Below, one piece after another: positions 57,074 through 64,000 of a DNA stretch of 64,000 nucleotides (position 1 is the stretch's first letter; each line of letters opens with the position of its first letter). Source of the stretch: Salinispira sp. (lineage in GTDB: Bacteria; Spirochaetota; Spirochaetia; DSM-27196; Salinispiraceae); NCBI GenBank assembly GCA_965602015.1, contig OZ271918.1:1056001-1120000 (forward strand), read 5' to 3'. The notes below the pieces were generated by a model. The model was not told the DNA's origin. It made no database searches and worked only from the letters and a program-made list of their open reading frames with translations. The translations under genes and the position numbers were made by a program.

Positions 57074-58709
57074 ACGTAAGCAGTTTCTGTTGGCCGTGCT
57101 GGTAACCCATTTGCTGTTTTCCGCCTATTACCTGCTTCGGATAGAGGCGGATCGCTGGTATAGCTGGTTTCTGCCTTCATTCGAGGTAGCCCTTGCGGCT
57201 CTGCTCATCATTTCCGGGGAGAAAAAGGGCAAAGCATTCTCCCTGCGGATGTGGAGCGCCTCTCTGTTGTACGGTTTGCTGATATACCGGCTTGCCGGAC
57301 AGCTCTTCTTTCGCTTTTTCTACCTGCAAAATTTTTCAATTGTAAACGATTCGGCTCTCATGGTGGGTTTTGCCGGTATGCTGATGGGCGAGGCCGCCCT
57401 GCCGGGGGTTATTCTGGGAATTATTGTATGGGCTGCCATCGGCTTCGTCCTTCTGCTATTGGGAAAATTGACTGCCTCGCTGGTCGCCGGACTACGAGCG
57501 AGCTCGAAGGAAAAGCTCGGACCCCTTCCCATTGCAATCATTCTCCTTTCGGCCCTCGGGATAAACCTGCTCGTACCAGCGGCGGGTCCCGGGGGCAGCA
57601 TAATCGCCGATCTGCAGGCACAGAGAGAACTCAGACGAATGATGGCCGGCCCTTCGTCCCGGGACCCCATCCTCCAGGGCGGGGCCGCAGCGGACGAAAG
57701 TGCGGATCAGGCTGAGGATTTTGCTTTTCCTATAATCGGCGACGAGGACGTACATTTTTTCGTAATCGAGTCTTACGGCATGACGCTCTTCATGCGGGAA
57801 GAGTATATACAGGCCATGAGGGCCACCTACGGCGAACTGGAGCCCCGGCTTCGCGCACGGGGATGGGATATTTACACCGGAATGGTCCGCTCGCCGGCAT
57901 TCGGCGGCCGCAGTTGGCTTGCGGACTCCAGTCTGCTGACCGGCACCTTCCAGGCGAATCAGGCGATTTTCGAAGCGGAAATCTCCGACGGTTTACCCGC
58001 CGACATGCTCACCTTTATGGGCTCGGCGGGGTACCACCGAATCTATGCCGCCCCGGGCACCAACGGGGCCACAGACGAATGGAAAATCGCCTATCCCTTC
58101 GAGGAATACTTTGAGCGGTACAGCTTCGGTTACCGTGGCCCCTTTTTGAACCTTGGGGCCATGAGCGATCAGTATTTCCTGGACAGGGTAGGCCGCTATC
58201 ATTTGGAGGATGAGCGCCGGGAATTCGCCATGTACGTCATGGTCAGTTCCCATGTACCATTCACCATCATCCCGCAATACAAGCCCGACTGGGATTTTTC
58301 CCGTTTCGGGAGGGAATATGAGGATGGGTTCCTACGCTATTTTGACAACAACTGGTTGAGCGGCAACGAACTGGCGGAGGGATATTTGACGGGAATTGAT
58401 TATTCCCTGAGGACAATTGAAGGCTACATCGAGACCCACCTGAACGACCGGGGATTTGTGTTAATCATCGGCGATCACCAGCCCAGAAAGCCGGTCAGCG
58501 TTCCAACAGCCGGCTATGCGGTGCCCTTTCATATTCTGGTACGGCGGGGAACAACTCTGCAATTTCCCCCGGATTGGCTCATCAGCAGGGAAATGACACC
58601 GCCGCCGCTGCCTCCCGATGAATCGGTTCTGGGAACCATAGCGGACATCCCGCATCTGGTACAGGAGCTTCTATCGACTCCCCTCGAGGCGGGGTATTTC
58701 ACACGGTAA
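57057..58709 (+). CDS. Membrane-anchored alkaline-phosphatase/sulfatase-superfamily protein (LtaS/OpgB-like architecture)
   Basis: About 5 N-terminal TM; IESYG, SPAFGGRSWLA, SSHVPF, IGDHQP. Confidence 0.75.
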   Translation: MPDVDKRKQFLLAVLVTHLLFSAYYLLRIEADRWYSWFLPSFEVALAALLIISGEKKGKAFSLRMWSASLLYGLLIYRLAGQLFFRFFYLQNFSIVNDSALMVGFAGMLMGEAALPGVILGIIVWAAIGFVLLLLGKLTASLVAGLRASSKEKLGPLPIAIILLSALGINLLVPAAGPGGSIIADLQAQRELRRMMAGPSSRDPILQGGAAADESADQAEDFAFPIIGDEDVHFFVIESYGMTLFMREEYIQAMRATYGELEPRLRARGWDIYTGMVRSPAFGGRSWLADSSLLTGTFQANQAIFEAEISDGLPADMLTFMGSAGYHRIYAAPGTNGATDEWKIAYPFEEYFERYSFGYRGPFLNLGAMSDQYFLDRVGRYHLEDERREFAMYVMVSSHVPFTIIPQYKPDWDFSRFGREYEDGFLRYFDNNWLSGNELAEGYLTGIDYSLRTIEGYIETHLNDRGFVLIIGDHQPRKPVSVPTAGYAVPFHILVRRGTTLQFPPDWLISREMTPPPLPPDESVLGTIADIPHLVQELLSTPLEAGYFTR

Positions 58710-58788
58710 TAGCGGGGATCTGATAAATAAATGCCCCGCAATCGCGGGAGCTTACTATAATATACCCATGGATTTTTCGGAGGACTTG

Positions 58789-60339
58789 ATGGCATCAACA
58801 GGAAAGCGGGTAGCGGTAATCGGAGCGGGCTTCGGGGGAATTTCGGCGGCGGCGTATCTTGCGAAGGCGGGCTATGAAGTCACAGTCTATGAAAAAAACT
58901 CCTGGGTCGGCGGACGGGCAAGGGTTCTAAAGCGCGACGGCTTCCAAATGGACATGGGTCCCAGCTGGTACTGGATGCCGGAGGAGCATGACCGATGGTT
59001 TACCGATATGGGGGCGCGCCGGGAGGATTACTACGCTATTCACCGGGTGGACCCCAGTTACAAGGTGTACTACGGTCAGAGTCTGGAAGGTGAACAGCGC
59101 AATCAGGTTACGGTCCCCGCGGATTTCGAAGAGGCCAAACAGGTATTCGAAAGCTACGAAGCCGGTGCGGGTAGAAAGCTTGAACTCTTCGTCAATCAGG
59201 CGAAGAGAAAATACGAGTTTGCCATGTCCGGTTTCATTTACCGCAACTTCAGGTCCCTGGTCGATATGGTCAACGGCACGCTGGTGAAGAACCTTCTGCG
59301 GCTCAATCTTTTTACCAGCTACCGCCGCCTTATCAGACGCTATTTCAAACATCCTTATCTTCAGAAAATTCTCGAATTTCCCGTAGTCTTCCTCGGCAGC
59401 TATGCCGCAAAGACCCCGGCGGTGTACACCCTGATGAACTACATAGATTTCGGGCTGGGAACTTGGTATCCCGAAGGGGGGTTTGGACGGGTTGTACGGT
59501 CAATGCAGCAGGTTGCCGAAGGCCTGGGGGTGAAGTTTGTATTCGACACCGAAGTTACGGATATCCGGGGAGAAGACGGCCTTGCACAGAGCTTGTCGGT
59601 ATACAGCGGAGATACGGAGGATGAAGTTCAGGCAGACATCATCGTGGCGAATGCCGACTATGTTCATGTGGAGAATGCCCTTCTTCAACAGCAGGACCGA
59701 AGCATGCCCCTTGAGAAATGGAAAAACCGCACATTCGCCCCGGCGGTACTGAATTTTTACGTAGGATTTAACCGGAAGCTTCCGGAATTTGAGCATCACA
59801 CTTTTTTCTTCGATACCGACTGGAACGATCACTTTGATGCGGTATACGGAAACCGTCGCTGGCCGAAGGATCCGCTGTTCTATCTCCATATACCCTCAAA
59901 AACCGATCCGAATTGCGCTCCCGAAGGCCAGGAGGCCATGTTTATTCTGGTCCCCAGCGCCATCGGATTGGAAGACGGGGATGAAATTCGGGAACGGTAC
60001 TTCGACAGGGTTATTGAACGAATGGAGCAGCTCACGGGGCAAAATTATCGCGATGCCATCGTTTTCCGGGAATCCATGTCGATTCGGGAATTCAAGCACG
60101 ATTACAATGCCCATGAAGGCACGGCCTTCGGATTGGGGCAAACCCTATTTCAAACGGCATACTTCCGGCCAATGAACCGGAGCAAGAAGCTCGCTAATCT
60201 GTACTATTCCGGTCATTACACCGTGCCGGGCACCGGTACGACCATGAGCATGATCAGCGGTAAAATCGCCGCCATGCGAATCGCCGAAGAATGGCCCCAA
60301 GGGGATGCTCAGGCAAAAATTGCCGAGGGTTGGGGCTGA
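58789..60339 (+). CDS. crtI: Phytoene desaturase
   Basis: GAGFGG, DMGPSWYWMP, GTWYPEGG, GTAFGL..TLFQTA.FRP, TVPGTG; SD GGAGGA (alternative in-frame ATG 58768). Confidence 0.9.
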   Translation: MASTGKRVAVIGAGFGGISAAAYLAKAGYEVTVYEKNSWVGGRARVLKRDGFQMDMGPSWYWMPEEHDRWFTDMGARREDYYAIHRVDPSYKVYYGQSLEGEQRNQVTVPADFEEAKQVFESYEAGAGRKLELFVNQAKRKYEFAMSGFIYRNFRSLVDMVNGTLVKNLLRLNLFTSYRRLIRRYFKHPYLQKILEFPVVFLGSYAAKTPAVYTLMNYIDFGLGTWYPEGGFGRVVRSMQQVAEGLGVKFVFDTEVTDIRGEDGLAQSLSVYSGDTEDEVQADIIVANADYVHVENALLQQQDRSMPLEKWKNRTFAPAVLNFYVGFNRKLPEFEHHTFFFDTDWNDHFDAVYGNRRWPKDPLFYLHIPSKTDPNCAPEGQEAMFILVPSAIGLEDGDEIRERYFDRVIERMEQLTGQNYRDAIVFRESMSIREFKHDYNAHEGTAFGLGQTLFQTAYFRPMNRSKKLANLYYSGHYTVPGTGTTMSMISGKIAAMRIAEEWPQGDAQAKIAEGWG

Positions 60340-60373
60340 TACTCATAGTGAATCTACTGGCCGGGGTATCTCA

Positions 60374-61294
60374 ATGAGCAATCAGGGCAAGTCCGACGGC
60401 TTCCTTGTTATTCTCATGGTCCTCTCCATGAGTTTTTGGGGAGGGTCCTGGGTATCTGCGAAGCTGATTTCCACATCGCTTCCGCCTGAGTTGGCGGCCT
60501 TCTGGCGGTTTTTCTTTCACGCCCTGGCTTTCGGGCTGTGGATGCTCTTTGGCCGGAAGTCCTTCTCCATTGGCCTTCGGCAGCTCATAATGCTTATCGC
60601 GGCGGCGGTTTTGCTGTCCGCGTACAACTTCCTGTTTTTTTACGGCCTTATCATCGGCTTCGCGGGAAAGTCCGGAGTCATCGTCACCAGCTTGAACCCG
60701 ATTTTCTCCTTCGTCATTTCCAGCCTGGTATTCTCGACGGCGATTAGCTCCCGCCAGATCGTCGGATTACTGCTGGGACTGGCGGGGGGCGTCTTTCTCA
60801 TGGAACCTGCAAGCCTGCTGTCCGGCGGCTTCGATGTGAGCGCACTGTTGTTCGTAGCCGCCGCCCTGCTGTGGGCCGGACTGACTAACCTCAGCCGCCA
60901 CATACGAAAAAGCCTTGATATGCTGCCGTTTTCTTTTTACCTGTTTTTTCTGACGACGGTATTCCTGGGCTTATGGTCGCTGATGACCGGAAATTTTATT
61001 GTGCCGTTTAGCGCCGATCCCCGCTCAGACGGGTATGGTCTGCTGTTTTGGCTCAATGTGCTGTACCTATCCCTGCCCGCCGGAGTTTTCGCAAATAGCA
61101 TGTACTTTCATGCGGTGCATCGGCTCGGAGCTCATCGGGGGGCCAGTTTTACCTTCATCGTCCCCACCAGCGCCATGGTCTTTAGCCTGCTCTTTCTCGG
61201 GGAAGTGCCCAGGCTTTCAACCATCCTCGGCGGGGCGCTGGCGCTAACAGCTGTCTACATCATCAACAGCCAAAGACATCCTGAGAAAGAGTGA
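60374..61294 (+). CDS. DMT/EamA family transporter
   Basis: FWGGSW, two 5-TM repeats, LFLGE. Confidence 0.88.
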   Translation: MSNQGKSDGFLVILMVLSMSFWGGSWVSAKLISTSLPPELAAFWRFFFHALAFGLWMLFGRKSFSIGLRQLIMLIAAAVLLSAYNFLFFYGLIIGFAGKSGVIVTSLNPIFSFVISSLVFSTAISSRQIVGLLLGLAGGVFLMEPASLLSGGFDVSALLFVAAALLWAGLTNLSRHIRKSLDMLPFSFYLFFLTTVFLGLWSLMTGNFIVPFSADPRSDGYGLLFWLNVLYLSLPAGVFANSMYFHAVHRLGAHRGASFTFIVPTSAMVFSLLFLGEVPRLSTILGGALALTAVYIINSQRHPEKE

Positions 61295-61407
61295 GAACAG
61301 GCGGGGGCTCACCGAGCTTTTGAGATGGCGATTCCCGCAACGTGTATTGCAGGAACTACAGGACCATGGTAGTAAGCAGGGATCCCCAGTCCAATAATTG
61401 TGCAGTT

Positions 61408-63312
61408 TTATTTCTGAGCATTGAGGTCAGCCCGTTCAATGAGGCTTCGGTGCCAGTCCAGCAGGTACTGTTCGAGTTCAGGCCGGGAGCCCTTCACATC
61501 GGCCAGAACCCGGAACACCGGTTCGGTTCCCGATCCCCTCATCCAGATGTAGGCCTGTGCGTCTCCGGCGGCATTGCTGAACAGTATTTTGAATCCGCCT
61601 TTTTGCTTGCCGCTGCGGAAATCAGGCCCGAACCCCCGAATTTCCCGGCCACCTTCGGTGTTTATTTCTTCCCAGGAGACAATTCCCCATCGACTGGTCA
61701 GTTCCGGAAGCCGCTGTTCAACTTCGACTACAAAGAGCCGCTCATATGCTGTTTTTAAATTGCCGTGGTCAAGGCTTTTGATGCTCATGAGCGCCCGGTC
61801 TTCATATGCCGAAGTGCTCACATACCGGGGCAGGGAGTCCAGCACGTCGGCGAAGGTAAAATTATCATTGTAGGGGATATTTCTCCGTTCGCACCAAATG
61901 TGGAACAAGCCCTTGCGCATCACGTCGCTTCGAAGGCTCATGAGTTTTACAATCGACCCCAGGGTATTTATGGGGTCCCGCACCGCAGCGGGGTAGGTGA
62001 TGTTTCCGCCGTTTGACCCCTCTCCCATAAGCCGAACCAGATAGCCCCGGTCTCGTAAATCCTCTGCGAGGCCGACAACATTAGCTTCGCCTACTTCCGC
62101 CCGGAAGCAGGAAACTCCAAAGCTTCGGCATATCTCATCGATTCGCATGGATGTGGGTCCGTTGACCGCGACGGCAACCTTTTTTCCATCATGGAGCTGT
62201 CCGGAATATTCCAGCCAGGCGCATTCCGCAAGGGCCACCAATGCGAATACCGTCTGAGCTTCCAGTATTTCCGCCCTAGCCTCGCCTGCCATATAGACCA
62301 GGTTGCCCCGGTCTCCGTCGTTATCGGGCACATATCCGATAATAAAATCAGGGTCGGCGGCGTGCAGGGCCTGCAGTTCGTCCCGGCACATGTTCAGCGA
62401 CCGGCCTTCGGGTACTATCCGGTGGATTATTTTTCGCGGTTGGTTATGGATAAGACGGACCTTTACCCCCAGGGATTCAAGGAATTCCCGGTCTATACTG
62501 AGACTTCGGGCGCTGCCGTTTAACTCACCGAGAATCCCGATTGGGCGCTTTGCGCAGGCCTGCCTGAGTTCCTCAAGCCGCAGGTTCCGCTGCTTTTCCT
62601 CGAAACTGTCCGCCAGGACAATTTCGCTGAAATCCCGGTATGCCGAGAGGCTGGCGGGCTTATAGATTTCCTTTTGCCGAAAGGTTTCAGAGAGGGCGTC
62701 GGGCTCGGCGTTTTGAAGCATGTGGTAAACCGAATCATGGCTTGCGGGAGAGCCGATGTGATGCCGGAAGATAGCGCCGAGTTCTCCCGCCGATTCGGCG
62801 TCGAGGACGCCTCCGGTTTTCATGCCGAATTTGAACCCGTTATGCCCGATCGGGTTGTGAGATGCGGAGATGTAGGCAAATGCATCAAGGCGCTCCTCGC
62901 TTCTGGCATAACTCATGACCTCCGGAGCCGCGGCAATAAACAGGTAATGGATACCGATTCCCCGTGCCATGGCGACCCGTATAAAGGCGTCGGCGAGGAG
63001 GGTGCCGGTGGGACGGGAGTCCATTCCCAATGCGACGGTAATTTCCTGCGGAGCCTTCTCGAGGGCGGGGACCAGGAAGTCCGCCAGGCTGTGGGCAACC
63101 ATGCCGGCAATCATCAGATCCGCGGCTTCCACCTCGGGAGATTGGTTCTCCTCATCTCCTCCGGCGACAAAAACCTTCCGCCAGCCCGAGGCCGAGAGAA
63201 TCATGCTGTCAAAGGCCCGCTGCAGCGCCTTGCTGTCGGGTTTTTCGCCCAACAGGCGGGGAAGGGCGGCGGGATCTCCCATTATCAGATTGGAAACTGA
63301 GTCGCGAATCAT
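61408..63312 (-). CDS. Alpha-D-phosphohexomutase (phosphoglucomutase/phosphomannomutase family)
   Basis: DSRPTG, ISASHNP (phospho-Ser), PDNDGDR metal loop, GEGSNGG, RGSGTEP. Confidence 0.88.
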   Translation of the reverse strand: MIRDSVSNLIMGDPAALPRLLGEKPDSKALQRAFDSMILSASGWRKVFVAGGDEENQSPEVEAADLMIAGMVAHSLADFLVPALEKAPQEITVALGMDSRPTGTLLADAFIRVAMARGIGIHYLFIAAAPEVMSYARSEERLDAFAYISASHNPIGHNGFKFGMKTGGVLDAESAGELGAIFRHHIGSPASHDSVYHMLQNAEPDALSETFRQKEIYKPASLSAYRDFSEIVLADSFEEKQRNLRLEELRQACAKRPIGILGELNGSARSLSIDREFLESLGVKVRLIHNQPRKIIHRIVPEGRSLNMCRDELQALHAADPDFIIGYVPDNDGDRGNLVYMAGEARAEILEAQTVFALVALAECAWLEYSGQLHDGKKVAVAVNGPTSMRIDEICRSFGVSCFRAEVGEANVVGLAEDLRDRGYLVRLMGEGSNGGNITYPAAVRDPINTLGSIVKLMSLRSDVMRKGLFHIWCERRNIPYNDNFTFADVLDSLPRYVSTSAYEDRALMSIKSLDHGNLKTAYERLFVVEVEQRLPELTSRWGIVSWEEINTEGGREIRGFGPDFRSGKQKGGFKILFSNAAGDAQAYIWMRGSGTEPVFRVLADVKGSRPELEQYLLDWHRSLIERADLNAQK

Positions 63313-63549
63313 GCCATCTCCTAAAGCCAGGTTCTCGTTCGTGATTTACGCAGCGATAGTAGTACCTTTGCCCTGCTCTGTCCAGTTTGACCGTTCCGGG
63401 TTCCTTTACTGCCTCCTGGCTTTTGTGCTGCTGCCCCGAAAACAGCTGATTTGCCCCAAGGCAATTGCATTTGCAATGCACGCCGGGTCAATTTATGATG
63501 AGAACTGTAGCCCCGGGGACAGCTTTCGGGACCATCAGCGGAGGAGCTT

Positions 63550-64000
63550 GTGAAGAAGATTTTAATCATCGACGAGGCGGAACTTATCCGCTCTTTTCTC
63601 TCGAACAAACTGCAGGAATTGGGATTCGAAACCGACAAAGCCCAAAACGGACTCGAGGGATTCATGAAGCTTCGAACATTCGAGCCCGATCTCATAATAA
63701 TGGATTATTACCTGTCGAGAATGAGCGCCTCGGATTTTCTCGACAAGAAGTCCAAGGAACCGAATGCCAAAACAGTACCCGTGCTTCTCGCCTCGGGGAA
63801 GATTTCTCGCCAGGTTATCCTGGAGTTAAGCAAATACGGGGTGCGGAAATTTATCACCAAACCGATAAAAATCGACAGCCTGATAAACGCGGTTTCCGAG
63901 TTGCTGGACATCCGCATTGAACTGGATAATACCCCCTGCATTATCGATGCGAACTACAACGAGGAAGTGCTGTTTATTGAAGTAGCCCGGGGTCTGAATA
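63550..64000 (+). CDS. Response regulator (receiver domain + C-terminal domain), 3'-truncated; not in ORF track
   Basis: SD GGAGGAG, GTG start; MKKILIIDE...PDLIIMDYY...FITKP; frame open to window end. Confidence 0.85.
   Translation, partial: MKKILIIDEAELIRSFLSNKLQELGFETDKAQNGLEGFMKLRTFEPDLIIMDYYLSRMSASDFLDKKSKEPNAKTVPVLLASGKISRQVILELSKYGVRKFITKPIKIDSLINAVSELLDIRIELDNTPCIIDANYNEEVLFIEVARGLN

Noticed and set aside
63376..63458. Minus-strand GGGCAAA...hairpin...AAAAGCC...TAAA resembling a c-di-GMP-I riboswitch upstream of the phosphohexomutase
   Set aside because: Lacks the GNRA tetraloop and GACGC segment, and I cannot build convincing P1/P3 helices; needs Infernal to be taken seriously
63464..63477. 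Palindrome ATTGCA-TT-TGCAAT between the phosphomutase and response regulator
   Set aside because: Short single occurrence with no second copy seen; cannot be assigned
1..64000. tRNA, rRNA, CRISPR arrays, IS/transposase, integrase or prophage genes
   Set aside because: None recognised; intergenic gaps are short and show no regularly spaced repeats or cloverleaf patterns by eye

Overview
Gene-dense, roughly 55% GC (estimated by eye) bacterial chromosome segment. It is most consistent with a free-living, probably saline-habitat spirochaete (Spirochaetaceae-like); this is an inference from solute-binding-protein N-termini, the phosphomutase and response-regulator types, and very acidic exported proteins. 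From left to right: aminopeptidase, aroC/aroK; an Nqr/Rnf-like operon (B-C-D-E-F, no NqrA/RnfC/RnfB) divergent from lplA-PNPOx-pdhABC-lpdA; an AT-richer SGNH / SxtK-like / carbamoyltransferase / SxtJ-like cassette; an HPr with natural Asp at position 46; a putative TonB-independent starch/glycogen capture locus (FN3+CBM lipoprotein, CBM48-beta-barrel fusion, CBM lipoprotein, GH13 lipoprotein broken by one in-frame TAA), with tandem LacI-type palindromes and a possible attenuator; an exported SOR-like protein; crtB-crtD-cruF (crtI lies about 29 kb away); AI-2E, trpS, HAD, cluster-less MutY; a 12-gene Liv-type ABC + two non-canonical KAS III + FabG + CoA-transferase + thiolase + hydrolase + tandem-TetR cluster with a repeated candidate operator; a heterodimeric ABC exporter; a sugar ABC importer; a methyltransferase / CDP-alcohol-phosphotransferase-FkbM fusion / LtaS-sulfatase-like trio; DMT, phosphohexomutase and a truncated response regulator. 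No rRNA, tRNA, CRISPR array or IS element was recognised. All calls come from motif reading by eye; no database searches were run.
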